DNA from: Egibacteraceae bacterium
GTDB taxonomy: Bacteria; Actinomycetota; Nitriliruptoria; Euzebyales; Egibacteraceae
NCBI GenBank assembly: GCA_035550935.1
Contig: DASZOD010000311.1
Location: 1 to 34,066, forward strand
Direction of reading: 5' to 3'
Length of the DNA stretch: 34,066 nt
Below are positions 1 to 11,472 of this stretch, piece after piece. The position numbers and the translations under genes were made by a program. The stretch's first letter is position 1. Every line of letters starts with the position of its first letter. The notes under the pieces are model-generated. The model saw only the letters and a program-made list of their open reading frames with translations. It was not told the DNA's origin and did no database searches.

Positions 1-855
1 CCGGGCGCTGTAGAAGCCGGCGACGCCGCCGCGGGGGGTCGGCAGCGCCCCGAGGCGGCGCACAGCGTTGCCGGAGACCACGTCGACCGTAGCCAGGTTC
101 GTCGCCAGCCCGCCGGTGCGCCCACCCAGCAGCCACACCCGGCCTTGGCCGTCGCTGGCGGAGCCCAGGTGCTCGCGGGCATCCGCCAGCGCGCCCACCG
201 GCCGCCAGGCGCCGGCCTCCAGCGCCCAAGCCTGCGCCGACACGCCGCCGGGTCCGGTGCCGCCGGCGTAGACCAGTCGCCGCCCGTCCCAGGCCGCCGC
301 GCCCGCGGCTCGTGGCGCCGGCAGCGCCGGGCCCTGCGCCCAGGCGCCGGTGGCGGCGTCCAGCCGCCACACCGTCGCCGTCGGCGCGGCGAAGCCCGGG
401 CCCAGGTAGCCGCCCAGCAGCCACAGCTCCGAGCCGGTCGACACCAGCGCGGCGTGGTGGACCGGCTGGGGCAGCGGCGGCCCGGTGCTCCAGCCGTCGA
501 ACGTCGGGTCGTAGACCCACACGCTGTCGCTGGCGCCGCCGGCGCCGTCCAGGCCCCCGGCCACCCACACCTGGCCGGCTAGGGCCGACGCGGCGACCTC
601 GGTCAGCGCCACCGGGGCCGGCGACCGCGGCGACCACGCAGCGGTGGGCAGCGCCTGCGGCGCGGGATCGGCCGGCGAGCCTGCCGGCGTGGTCGCCGGT
701 GGCGCGGGCTCGCCCAGGGCCGGCCCGGTGGCTGGCGGCCGACCCGCCTCGGGGCTGTCCACGGTCGGGACGTCGGCCGAGCGACCGCAGCCGGCCAGCA
801 GCAGCCAGGCCAGCGCCCAGGCGACCCTCCGCGGCGCGGCCGAGCCGATCCCCAC
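1..855 (-). CDS. Kelch-repeat (beta-propeller) lipoprotein, partial (3' end lies beyond window start)
   Basis: Absent from the ORF track because it runs off the edge. I checked that the minus-strand frame 855->1 has no stop and has G/C at nearly every codon position 3. A GTG sits at 855..853, only 4 nt after the rpoD stop. The N-terminus VGIGSAAPRRVAWALAWLLLAGC is a signal peptide plus lipobox (LAGC). The body has repeated Kelch-like blades: 'QVWVAGGLDG', 'ELWLLGGYLG', 'RLVYAGGTG', 'RVWLLGGRTG'. Confidence 0.6.
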   Translation of the reverse strand, partial: MGIGSAAPRRVAWALAWLLLAGCGRSADVPTVDSPEAGRPPATGPALGEPAPPATTPAGSPADPAPQALPTAAWSPRSPAPVALTEVAASALAGQVWVAGGLDGAGGASDSVWVYDPTFDGWSTGPPLPQPVHHAALVSTGSELWLLGGYLGPGFAAPTATVWRLDAATGAWAQGPALPAPRAAGAAAWDGRRLVYAGGTGPGGVSAQAWALEAGAWRPVGALADAREHLGSASDGQGRVWLLGGRTGGLATNLATVDVVSGNAVRRLGALPTPRGGVAGFYSAR

Positions 856-859
856 CCCG

Positions 860-2107
860 TCAGTCCAGGTAGTCGCGCAGCTTCTGGCTGCGGGACGGGT
901 GGCGCAGCTTCGACAGCGTCTTGGACTCGATCTGGCGGATCCGCTCACGGGTGACGCCGAACTCCGACCCGACCTCCTCCAGGGTGCGTGGGTGGCCGTC
1001 GAGCATGCCGAAGCGCAGCTGGATGACCTTCTTCTCCCGCTCGCTGAGGGTGTGCAGGATGCCACCGATCTGCTCCTGCATGAGGATGAAGCTGGCCGCG
1101 TCGATCGGCACCACCGCGTCGGCGTCCTCGATGAAGTCGCCGAGACTGGAGTCGTCCTCCTCGCCGACGGGCGTCTCGAGGCTGACCGGCTCCTGGGAGA
1201 TCTTGAGGATCTCGCGGACCTTGTCGGGCGACAGGTCCATCTCGGCCCCGATCTCCTGTGGCGTGGGGTCGCGACCGAGGTCCTGCAGCAGCTGACGCTG
1301 GACCCGCACGAGCTTGTTGATGGTCTCCACCATGTGCACCGGGATGCGGATCGTGCGGGCCTGGTCGGCGATCGCGCGGGTGATGGCCTGGCGGATCCAC
1401 CAGGTGGCGTAGGTCGAGAACTTGTAGCCCTTGGTGTAGTCGAACTTCTCGACCGCCCGGATCAGTCCGAGGTTGCCCTCCTGGATGAGGTCGAGGAACA
1501 GCATGCCCCGCCCGACGTAGCGCTTGGCGATCGACACGACCAGCCGGAGGTTGGCCTCCACAAGCCGGCGCTTGCTGAGCTGACCGCTGCGCTCGACCCG
1601 CCGCAGCTCGACCCTGCGGGTGGGCTTCAGCTGGTCGACGCCGGCGGACAGCACCTGGGTGGCGGCCAGCCCCGCTTCGATGCGCTTGGCGAGGTCGACC
1701 TCCTCCTCGGCGGTCAGCAGCGGCACCCGCCCGATCTCCTTGAGGTACATGCGCACCGGGTCGTTCGTCGCCGCCTTCAGCGCCAGGTCGTCCAGACGCT
1801 GGCGCTCCGAGCGGTCGTCGGCGGCGTCGTCGCTGCCCAGGCCGTCGACCTCGACCGGGGGCACGTCGAGCACCTCGACGCCCTCGCCGGCCAGGAGCCG
1901 GCGCAGCGCGCCGGCCAGCGGGGGGTCCAGATCGTTGCCGTCGAGGGTCTCGGCGAGGTCGTCGGTGGTGACGAAGCCGCGGGTACGGCCCATGTGCACC
2001 AGGTCGCAGACCTCTTCGATGGCCAACAGCCGCTCGAACACGCTCGCCCCGGCATCCCCTCCGTCGGCCGGGAGGGAGGGCGTGGCGTCCGCAGGAGTGC
2101 TTGCCAT
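860..2107 (-). CDS. rpoD: RNA polymerase principal sigma factor (sigma-70 family, group 1)
   Basis: 415 aa, ATG start. Hallmark regions are present: '[31 protein letters not shown]', '[16 protein letters not shown]', '[56 protein letters not shown]', and region 4.2 '[30 protein letters not shown]'. Confidence 0.95.
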   Translation of the reverse strand: MASTPADATPSLPADGGDAGASVFERLLAIEEVCDLVHMGRTRGFVTTDDLAETLDGNDLDPPLAGALRRLLAGEGVEVLDVPPVEVDGLGSDDAADDRSERQRLDDLALKAATNDPVRMYLKEIGRVPLLTAEEEVDLAKRIEAGLAATQVLSAGVDQLKPTRRVELRRVERSGQLSKRRLVEANLRLVVSIAKRYVGRGMLFLDLIQEGNLGLIRAVEKFDYTKGYKFSTYATWWIRQAITRAIADQARTIRIPVHMVETINKLVRVQRQLLQDLGRDPTPQEIGAEMDLSPDKVREILKISQEPVSLETPVGEEDDSSLGDFIEDADAVVPIDAASFILMQEQIGGILHTLSEREKKVIQLRFGMLDGHPRTLEEVGSEFGVTRERIRQIESKTLSKLRHPSRSQKLRDYLD

Positions 2108-2127
2108 GGTGGCCCGGCGTCCGCCGG

Positions 2128-3981
2128 TCAGACGTCCCTCCCTTCGACAAGCGCTGAATGTCGCCGCACGAGCTCGTCGTGCCGGGCGGCCAGGCGTCGC
2201 CGCTCATCACGGTCCATCTGCTCGGACAAGCGGGCCATCTGTTGCCTGATGTCGTCCGTCTCGCGCTGGACCGCTGCTACACGCAATCGTGCCACCGCGT
2301 CGGCGACGTGTCCTGCGTCGGGCTCGACCGTGGGCTCGTCGAGGGCCAGTGCCCGTACTCGGGAGCGCATCGCGTCGTCGGGCAGCGCAGCCAGGATCGC
2401 ATCCAGGTCGTGGCTGCCGACGTCGGCCAGCGTGGCGAACAGCATCCGGGAGATGGGCGCGCGGAAGTCGTCGACGGTCACCTGCTTCCACTCGGGTGGC
2501 AGCAGGTGGGGCATCTGCAGCACCGTCTTCAGCACCTCACGTTCCAGCTGCATCTGCGGGTCGCCGGTCAGGTCCCCGGGCGCCCGCTCCAGCGCCGCGG
2601 CGCGCCTCGGTGCGCGCTGGGGCGTCGCCGGAGCGATGCCGCCGCGGGCGATCGCGGCGTCGAGGTCGCGCTCGATGCGGTCGGCCGACAGACGCACCGC
2701 GGGCGCGACGACATCGCGTACGTAGCTGTAGCGCAGGAACCGGTCGTCCACCCCGATCAGCAGGGGAAAGGTCCGCCGGTAGGCGTCGATCTGCCCCTCA
2801 GGGGTGGAGGTGTCGGCACCCCGCAGCAGGTGCTCGATCTGGAAGGCCAGCGCGGTCTTGGTCCCCGCCAGCGCGGCTTCGACCCGCTCGGCGCCCTGTA
2901 CGGCAAGGTCGGCGGGGTCGCGGCCGGGCGGCAGCGGCATGACGGCGACCTCACGGATGCCGGCATCGGCTGCCACTGCCCGGGCTCGCTCCGCCGCCGC
3001 GTAGCCGGCGTCGTCGGCGTCCAGAGCCAGCACGATGCGGCGGCAGAAGTGCTCGAGCTGGCGGAGGTGCTCTGCGGTCAGCGCGGTTCCGCAGGTCGCC
3101 ACCGCGTGGCGCACGCCCGCGCGGTGCAGGCCGATGACGTCCATGTAGCCCTCGACGACGAGGGCGGCGTCGCGACGCTGCATCTCGGCCCGAGCCCAGT
3201 TCAGCGCGTACAGGGTCTGGGACTTGCGGTAGACCTCGGTCTCGGGGGAGTTCTTGTACTTCGGCGGCTGGCCGTCGCGCGGACCGGTGCGCAGCGCCAG
3301 GCCGGGGACCACCCGCCCGCCGAACGCGACGACGTCACGGCCGGCCTTGTCCAGGATCGGAAACGTCACCCTTCCCCGGAAGAAGTCGACCGGCCCGTCG
3401 CGTCCGGGCCTCGTCAAGCCGGCGTCGGCGGTCTCCGACGGCGCAAACCCGCTGGCCTGCAGGTGGCGGACCAGCGCGTCCCAACGATCGGGGGCCCAGC
3501 CAAGGCGGAAGTGCTCGCAGGTTTCCCGGTCCACCCCCCTGCGCGCCAGGTACTCGCGCGCGGGCTCGCCGTCGGGCCCGGCGAGGGCGGACTGGAAGAA
3601 CGAGGCGGCCTCGGCCAGCGCCTCCACCAGCCGGGTGCGCCGCCCCAGCGCCGCCCGCTGGCCTGGACCCAACTGGGTGTAGCGCAGCTCGTAGCCGACG
3701 ATGCGGGCCAGCCGCTCGACGGCCTCGGGGAAGCTCAGCGCCTCGATCTTCTGCAGGAAGGCGTACACGTCGCCGCCCTCGCCGCAGCCGAAGCAGTGGA
3801 ACAGCCCGCGGTCGGGATCCACGGTGAACGACGGGGTCTTCTCCTCGTGGAACGGGCACAGGCCGGTCAGCCTGCTGCCCGCCCGCTTCAGCGCCGTGTA
3901 GTCGGCCGCCAGGGTGGCCAGCCGGGCCCGCTCCCGCAGCGCCTGGACGTCCTCGTCGTTGATGCGCCCGACCACCGGCAC
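2128..3981 (-). CDS. dnaG: DNA primase
   Basis: 617 aa, GTG start preceded by GGAGAAGGG. Zn-finger '[30 protein letters not shown]'. TOPRIM motifs 'VVEGYMDV' and 'LALDADDAG'. It lies 20 nt upstream of rpoD. Confidence 0.95.
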   Translation of the reverse strand: MPVVGRINDEDVQALRERARLATLAADYTALKRAGSRLTGLCPFHEEKTPSFTVDPDRGLFHCFGCGEGGDVYAFLQKIEALSFPEAVERLARIVGYELRYTQLGPGQRAALGRRTRLVEALAEAASFFQSALAGPDGEPAREYLARRGVDRETCEHFRLGWAPDRWDALVRHLQASGFAPSETADAGLTRPGRDGPVDFFRGRVTFPILDKAGRDVVAFGGRVVPGLALRTGPRDGQPPKYKNSPETEVYRKSQTLYALNWARAEMQRRDAALVVEGYMDVIGLHRAGVRHAVATCGTALTAEHLRQLEHFCRRIVLALDADDAGYAAAERARAVAADAGIREVAVMPLPPGRDPADLAVQGAERVEAALAGTKTALAFQIEHLLRGADTSTPEGQIDAYRRTFPLLIGVDDRFLRYSYVRDVVAPAVRLSADRIERDLDAAIARGGIAPATPQRAPRRAAALERAPGDLTGDPQMQLEREVLKTVLQMPHLLPPEWKQVTVDDFRAPISRMLFATLADVGSHDLDAILAALPDDAMRSRVRALALDEPTVEPDAGHVADAVARLRVAAVQRETDDIRQQMARLSEQMDRDERRRLAARHDELVRRHSALVEGRDV

Positions 3982-4065
3982 CCCTTCTCCCCCGGTCGGA
4001 GTGTACGGGCACGGGTCCGCCCGCGCCGGGCAATCGGCGCGCCCCTGCCGGCGCCCGCGAGGGGG

Positions 4066-5091
4066 TCAGTCGGGCGGGTGCGGGAGAAACACCCTGGTGA
4101 ACTCGCGGAGCGCCTCCCCGTCGGTCATGGCCGCCAGGCGGTCGGCCACCCGCACCGCCAGCGGCTCGCCGCCGCGGTACGCCTCGGGCAGTTGCCCCTC
4201 GTTCTCGAGGTAGAACAGCGCCAGGCTGCTCAGGCAGTGGACGGCGCGGTCGCGCTCCGCCCGTGCCGGGACGGTCCCGTGGAGGCGCTCGCCCAGGAAC
4301 CGCTCGAGCGCGGCGTGAGCCTCGCGCACCGGCGGGCTGAGCGCGATCTCGGGTGTGTCCAGAGACGTGGCGACGGCGTCGTGGACCAGGGTCGTGACCC
4401 GCTGCTCGTGGGTGGCGCCCAGCACCTCCGCCACCAGAGCGGGCAGGTCGCCGAGGGTGATGACGCCGGCGTCCAGCGCGGCGCCGAGGTCGTGCAGCGC
4501 CGCGGCGCAGATGTCGCACAGGCGCACCACCTGCCCCTCGAGCGTGGCCGGCGAAGGCAGCGCGGCGGAGTGGTGGAGGATGCCGTCGCGTACCTCCCAG
4601 GAGAGGTTGAGCCCCTGGGCGCCGCCCTCCAGACGCTCCACCACCCGCAGGCCCTGTTCGCTGTGACGGAACGGCTCGTCGCTGAGCCCCGACAGGGCCT
4701 CCTCGCCGGCGGGGCCGAACGGGGTGTACCCCAGGTCGTGACCGAGCGCGATCGCCTCGGCCAGGTCCTCGTTGAGCCGCAGCGCCCGGGCGACGGTGCG
4801 CGCGATGCGCGCCACGTCCAGGGTGTGTCGCAGCTGGACGCGCACCCGTCGGCCGCCTGCCGCGCCCGGCGGCGCGATGACGAGATAGGTCTTGGCCTCC
4901 AGGCGCTGGAACGCCTCGCTGTCGAGGATGCGGTCGCGATCCACCTGGAAAGCCGTGCGCAGCGGGTCGGGCTCCTCGAAGCGGTCGCGGCCCTTCGTCT
5001 CCGAGGCCAGCGTCGCCCAGGTGGACAGGCTCGCCCGCTCGTAGTCCTCGGTGCGTTCCCTCACCGCAGGCACCGGCTTCACAGGCAGCAT
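4066..5091 (-). CDS. dgt: dGTPase-like HD-domain dNTP triphosphohydrolase family protein (divergent active-site motif)
   Basis: The track ORF is 4066..5484, but homology begins at the internal ATG at 5091 ('MLPVKPV...FQVDRDRILDSEAFQRLEAKTYL'). Family blocks are present: 'LRHTLDVARIAR', 'GHDLG', 'FRHSEQGLRVVERLE', 'GLNLSWEVRDGILHHS', 'EGQVVRLCD'. The position upstream of dnaG is the conserved actinobacterial one. Confidence 0.85.
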   Translation of the reverse strand: MLPVKPVPAVRERTEDYERASLSTWATLASETKGRDRFEEPDPLRTAFQVDRDRILDSEAFQRLEAKTYLVIAPPGAAGGRRVRVQLRHTLDVARIARTVARALRLNEDLAEAIALGHDLGYTPFGPAGEEALSGLSDEPFRHSEQGLRVVERLEGGAQGLNLSWEVRDGILHHSAALPSPATLEGQVVRLCDICAAALHDLGAALDAGVITLGDLPALVAEVLGATHEQRVTTLVHDAVATSLDTPEIALSPPVREAHAALERFLGERLHGTVPARAERDRAVHCLSSLALFYLENEGQLPEAYRGGEPLAVRVADRLAAMTDGEALREFTRVFLPHPPD

Positions 5092-5154
5092 CGTAGCATC
5101 GGGGGTGGTGTCCCCGGCGCATGCCCCGTGGCGATGGGGATGGAGAGGACGGTC

Positions 5155-5487
5155 ATGGAACCAGTCAAGCCCTCGCAGCTGCGCGCGGTGGCCCGCATCG
5201 GAGACGGTCTGGTCTACGCCGCCGGGCTCGCGGGCGTCGTCGCCGGCGGCCTGCTGTTCCGTGACGGCGACGCGGGCATGGCGGTCGTGGCCTGGGTGGT
5301 GACCTTCGTCGCCGGGGCCGGGCTGCGCCTGACCGCCTGGCTGGCGCGCGCGATGGCCGAGCTGCTGGAGCGCGGCCAGCGCATCGAGGAGGAGCTGACC
5401 CGACCGCCGTCCCCTCCGGCGCCCACCCTCCGCGAAGAGCCCCGGGCCCCGGTCGACCCCTACCGCCGCTGGGGCGGCTGGCACTGA
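5155..5487 (+). CDS. hypothetical small membrane protein (2 predicted TM helices, Pro-rich tail)
   Basis: This is the tail of the spurious 2158..5487 ORF and fills the gap between dgt and glyQS. The ATG at 5155 is preceded by GGAGAGGA with a 5-nt spacer; alternative ATGs are at 5134 and 5140. Codon position 3 is almost all G/C. Hydrophobic stretches: 'GLVYAAGLAGVVAGGLLF' and 'MAVVAWVVTFVAGAGLRLTAWLA'. I recognise no family. Confidence 0.45.
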   Translation: MEPVKPSQLRAVARIGDGLVYAAGLAGVVAGGLLFRDGDAGMAVVAWVVTFVAGAGLRLTAWLARAMAELLERGQRIEEELTRPPSPPAPTLREEPRAPVDPYRRWGGWH

Positions 5488-5511
5488 CCCGCCCCGAGGT
5501 CCGCGCCCCGG

Positions 5512-6936
<1,425 letters not shown>

Positions 6937-7019
6937 GGCGCTCCTCCACAGGTAGCGGCCCCCGGATGGCTCCCGGGGGCCTGCGCTGCCGTCGAGGCTA
7001 CCGGCGGCCGGGCGCGCCG

Positions 7020-7742
<723 letters not shown>

Positions 7743-7789
7743 GACCGCGTCGCCTTTCGCCGCGGTCGCGTCGTCGTGGGCTGCCTCGG

Positions 7790-9031
7790 TCAGCGCTCTC
7801 CCACCCCCAGTCGCCGCTCCAGGCGCTGGCTGGCCCGCGACATCGAGTAGCAGAACGACCAGTAGACGAACGAGGCGAATACCAGCACCTCGGCCTGCAG
7901 GCCCTGACCCAGGAAGCCGGGCTGCTGGGTGATCGCCTGCGCCACGAACAGCAGATCCAGCAGCCCGATGATCGCCACGAGCGAGGTGTCTTTGAACAGG
8001 CTGATGAACTGGCCCACCAGGGCGGGGATGACGTTGCGCAGCGCCTGAGGCAGCACGATCAACACGGTGGTCTTGACCGGCGACAGGCCGATGGCCTGGG
8101 CGGCCTCGCTCTGACCTTTGGGCACCCCCTGCAGGCCGCCGCGCACGATCTCGGCGACGTAGGCGGCGGTGAACAGCACGATCGCGATCAGCGCGCGGAC
8201 CACCAGCCCCGGCCGCGGGAACCCCTGGGGGAAGAAGAAGCCGAGCATGAACTGGCCCATCAGCAGCAGGGTGATCAGCGGCACGCCGCGGATCAGCTCG
8301 ATGTAGCCCACGCAGACCAGTCGCACCGCGGGGAAGCTGGAGCGGCGGCCCAGTGCCAGCAGCACCCCGATCGGGAACGACAGCACGATCCCGCCGAGCG
8401 CGAGGTACAGGGTGAGCAGCAGGCCGCCCCAGCTGTCCCAGCCCGGTCCGCCGGCCGTGAGGGCCAGGTAGGCGCCGACCACGGTCCCCAGGTACACCAG
8501 TGGCAGCCACCGTGCCGCCTTGTCGGGCAGGCGGGTCCCCGCCGTCCGGGCGGCGAGGCAGGCCGCGACGCTGGCCGCCACCAGCAGCGCCGGCAGCGGC
8601 GTGCGCGCGAACGCCGCGAGCACGGCCAGCAACGCGAGCCCGGGAGCGGCGCGCTTGAACGCGTCCCAGCGGGCGGGGCGGGGCGCCGTGCGCGCGGCCA
8701 GGCCGGCTCCCAGCCCGGCCGCGGCGGACACGATGAGGATCGCCAACCAGGGCCTGAACAGCTGGTCGCGGGGGTAGCGCCCGACCATGAGCAGGGTCAG
8801 GTTGGTCTGGATGATCTCCCAGCGGGCGCCGAAGAACACGAAGCGCAAGGCCCGCAGCGCCGCCCAGCCCAGCGCCGCGCCGAGGACCACGGTGAGCAGC
8901 GAGTTGTACCAGGTGTTGAACAGGTTCTCGCGCACCCACCTGGCGGGGGGCAGCCGTCGCGGCGCCGGCGGCTCGGGCTCGGGCGGCGGCAGCGGCTCGA
9001 GTGTGGCGGTGTCGGTGGGCCCGGCGGTCAT
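7790..9031 (-). CDS. amino-acid ABC transporter permease (AapM-like, His/Glu/Gln/Arg/opine family)
   Basis: 413 aa, polytopic. The EAA-type loop is '[63 protein letters not shown]'. Its ATG shares 1 nt with the stop of the upstream permease (TGATG). Confidence 0.85.
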   Translation of the reverse strand: MTAGPTDTATLEPLPPPEPEPPAPRRLPPARWVRENLFNTWYNSLLTVVLGAALGWAALRALRFVFFGARWEIIQTNLTLLMVGRYPRDQLFRPWLAILIVSAAAGLGAGLAARTAPRPARWDAFKRAAPGLALLAVLAAFARTPLPALLVAASVAACLAARTAGTRLPDKAARWLPLVYLGTVVGAYLALTAGGPGWDSWGGLLLTLYLALGGIVLSFPIGVLLALGRRSSFPAVRLVCVGYIELIRGVPLITLLLMGQFMLGFFFPQGFPRPGLVVRALIAIVLFTAAYVAEIVRGGLQGVPKGQSEAAQAIGLSPVKTTVLIVLPQALRNVIPALVGQFISLFKDTSLVAIIGLLDLLFVAQAITQQPGFLGQGLQAEVLVFASFVYWSFCYSMSRASQRLERRLGVGER

Positions 9032-10278
9032 CAGCGGGTCTCCAGCGCCAGGCTGCGGTTGACGATGTTCGCGACCAGCGAGATCAGCAGCGACAGCGCC
9101 AGGTAGAGCAGCATCAGGATCGCGATCGACTGCGGCGCGGGGTTGGCGTTGGCGATGATCTGCCCGGTGATGCGGGTCAGTTCGAAGTAGCCCACGGCCA
9201 CCGCCAGCGACGAGTTCTTCGTCAGGTTCAGGTACTGGTTGGCCAGCGGCGGGAGCATGATCCGCAACGCCTGCGGTAGGACGACGAAGCGCAGGCGCTG
9301 GAAGCCCGACAGCGCCAGGGCGTTGGCGGCCTCGGTCTGGCCCTTGGGCACCGCCAGGATGCTGCCGCGCACGATCTCGGCGATGTGGCTTGCGGTGTAG
9401 AGCACCAGCCCGATGAGCAGCGCCGCGTACTCAGGCCCGAGCTGGATGCCACCCTGCACGATCCGACCCTCTCGGGTGGGCAGGGTCAGGGTGACCGGCC
9501 GGCTGAAAGCGACGTAGCCGGCGGCGGTGACGATGACGAGCACCGCCCCGCCCCACAGCACCCGGTGGTGGGGCTCGCCGGTCTCGTCGAACCGGCGGGA
9601 GCGCCACAGCCCGACGATGACGGCCAGCGCGAACGCGCCGCCGACGACGCCCGTGAACGCCCGGGCCCCCGTTCCGGCCACGCCCCAGGGCACCACCAGG
9701 CCGCGGTTGGAGAAGACGATGAGCCCGAGCCACTCGGACGCCCGGCTGATCGGCGGCAGGCGCAAGACCACCGCGGTGTACATGAAGATGATCGTGACGA
9801 GGACGGGCACGTTGCGCAGCGTCTCGACGTAGACCGCGGCACCCTTGCGCACCAGCCAGTTGGTCGACAGCCGTGCGACGCCGACGAGGATCCCCAGGAC
9901 CGTCGCCAGCGCGATCCCCACGACCGACCCGCGGACGGTATTGACCAACCCGACCACGATCGCGTCGCGGATCGGCTGGGAGGGGCGGAACGGCGAGTCG
10001 CGGATGTCGACCCCGGCCGGGCGGTCGAGGTAGTCGAAGCCCGTCGGCAGTCCCGAGACGCGCAGGTTCGTGCGCAGGTTGCCCAGCAGGTACCACAGCA
10101 GCGCGCCGACCAACACGACGAAGGCGACCTGGAAGGCGGCCCGCAGCACCCGCACGTCCCGCCAAGGGGGCGGCCGGCCCCGCTGACGGGGCGCTGCCGG
10201 CTCCTGTGCCGTGGTCACGGCCGGCCGTGGTCGACCTAGCGGTAGGGCGGCGCGTAGTGCAGCCCGCCGTCGGTCCAC
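9031..10278 (-). CDS. amino-acid ABC transporter permease (AapQ-like)
   Basis: '[69 protein letters not shown]'. The start is uncertain. The track start at 10278 overlaps the binding-protein gene by 43 nt, while an in-frame GTG at about 10218 lies just downstream of that gene's stop. Confidence 0.8.
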   Translation of the reverse strand: MDRRRAALRAALPLGRPRPAVTTAQEPAAPRQRGRPPPWRDVRVLRAAFQVAFVVLVGALLWYLLGNLRTNLRVSGLPTGFDYLDRPAGVDIRDSPFRPSQPIRDAIVVGLVNTVRGSVVGIALATVLGILVGVARLSTNWLVRKGAAVYVETLRNVPVLVTIIFMYTAVVLRLPPISRASEWLGLIVFSNRGLVVPWGVAGTGARAFTGVVGGAFALAVIVGLWRSRRFDETGEPHHRVLWGGAVLVIVTAAGYVAFSRPVTLTLPTREGRIVQGGIQLGPEYAALLIGLVLYTASHIAEIVRGSILAVPKGQTEAANALALSGFQRLRFVVLPQALRIMLPPLANQYLNLTKNSSLAVAVGYFELTRITGQIIANANPAPQSIAILMLLYLALSLLISLVANIVNRSLALETR

Positions 10279-11351
10279 AGGGCGTTGAGCCCCCGCTCCA
10301 GCCCCAGGGGGGTGTCCGGACCGACGTTGCGGTCGTAGATCTCGCCGTAGTTGCCCACCTGGGAGACGACGTCGACCGCGAACGCCGGATCCAGGCCCAG
10401 GCCGGGGTCGAAGACCGTGTTGTCGTCACCGCCGGGCTGGCCCAGGAAGCGGCGGACCTCGGGGTTGTCGCTGTCCTTCATCTGCTCCACGTTGCGCGAG
10501 GTGACGCCGAACTCCTCGGCCTGGATGGTGGCGATCACCGCCCAGTTGACCGCGTCGTACCAGTCCTGGTCGCCGTCGCGCACCAGCGGCCCCAGCGGCT
10601 CCTTGGAGAAGATCTCGTCGAGGATGCGAAGCTCGGCGGGGTTGGGGCGGTTGGAGCGCACTCCGGCCAGCTGCGAACGGTCCGAGGTCCAGCCGTCGCA
10701 GCGGTCCTGTTCGAAGGCCTGCTGGAGGGTCTCGTTGTCCTCGAAGGGCACCGGCTGGTAGGCGATGCGCCCGGCGGCGAAGCGTGAGGCGAGGTTCAAC
10801 TCGGTTGTGGTGCCCGACAGCACGCAGATGGCGGTGTCCTGCATGTCCTCCAGGCGCTGGAACTCGCTGTCGGCTTTCACCATCATCGCCTGGCCGTCGT
10901 AGAAGGTGGTCGTCACGAAGGCCGCGCCCTCGCTGCCGTCGCGCGACGCGGTGTAGGTCGTGTTGCGCGACAGCACGTCGATCTCACCCGCCTGCAGGGC
11001 GGTGAAGCGCTGCTCGGTCGACAGCGGGCGGAACTCGACCGCTTCGGCGTCGCCCAGCACCGCGGCCGCGATGACCTTGCAGTAGTCCACGTCGAAGCCC
11101 GAGAAGTTGCCCTGCTCGTCGGTGAAGCCGAAACCGGGCACCTCGGCGTTCACGCCGCAGACCAACTCGCCCCGGGACCGCACCCGGTCGAGCAGGTTGC
11201 GCTCCTGCCGCTGCTGGGCGGCCTGCCCGCCGCCCGGCGGGGCGACGTCGCCGGCGGGCTGGGCGCCCTGGCCGCCGTCGGTCGTGCAGCCGGCTGCGGC
11301 CAGCGCCAGCGCCAGCGCCAATGTCAGGAGGCCTACGACTCCGCTCCGCAT
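10236..11351 (-). CDS. amino-acid ABC transporter substrate-binding lipoprotein (AapJ-like)
   Basis: The internal ATG at 11351 is preceded by AAGGAGG with a 7-nt spacer. The N-terminus 'MRSGVVGLLTLALALALAAAGC' is a lipoprotein signal with lipobox. The body is typical of type-3 periplasmic binding proteins ('GVNAEVPGFGFTDEQGNFSGFDVDYCKVIAAAVLGD', 'DVLSRNTTYT'). Confidence 0.85.
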   Translation of the reverse strand: MRSGVVGLLTLALALALAAAGCTTDGGQGAQPAGDVAPPGGGQAAQQRQERNLLDRVRSRGELVCGVNAEVPGFGFTDEQGNFSGFDVDYCKVIAAAVLGDAEAVEFRPLSTEQRFTALQAGEIDVLSRNTTYTASRDGSEGAAFVTTTFYDGQAMMVKADSEFQRLEDMQDTAICVLSGTTTELNLASRFAAGRIAYQPVPFEDNETLQQAFEQDRCDGWTSDRSQLAGVRSNRPNPAELRILDEIFSKEPLGPLVRDGDQDWYDAVNWAVIATIQAEEFGVTSRNVEQMKDSDNPEVRRFLGQPGGDDNTVFDPGLGLDPAFAVDVVSQVGNYGEIYDRNVGPDTPLGLERGLNALWTDGGLHYAPPYR

Positions 11352-11472
11352 CCCAATCCCTCCTTCGAGGGTCAGGTCGCCGACCGCGACCGGTCCCCGC
11401 CGACAAGGCGAGACTACAGCAGTCGTGGGCCGCGCGGGTGCCGCCGAGACCACCGCCGCCATACTGGCAGTC

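Noticed and set aside
644-5487. Very long + strand ORFs (644..2725, 693 aa; 2158..5487, 1109 aa) and many nested ones
   Set aside because: They lie antisense to unmistakable rpoD, dnaG and dgt genes and have Arg/Ala/Gly/Pro-dominated junk composition. They are the expected stop-poor shadow frames of a genome above 70% GC. Only the last ~110 codons of 2158..5487, outside dgt, were kept as a possible small membrane protein.
6937-7019. T-box leader upstream of glyQS
   Set aside because: Only about 83 nt separate the glyQS start from the upstream ABC ATPase stop. That is too short for a T-box, and no specifier or T-box sequence is evident.
7743-8939. 639-aa ORF 7020..8939 suggesting a large fused ABC protein
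   Set aside because: Only the last 240 aa are ABC-ATPase. The upstream 400 aa are Arg/Pro-rich and overlap the genuine permease gene (7790..9031) in another frame.
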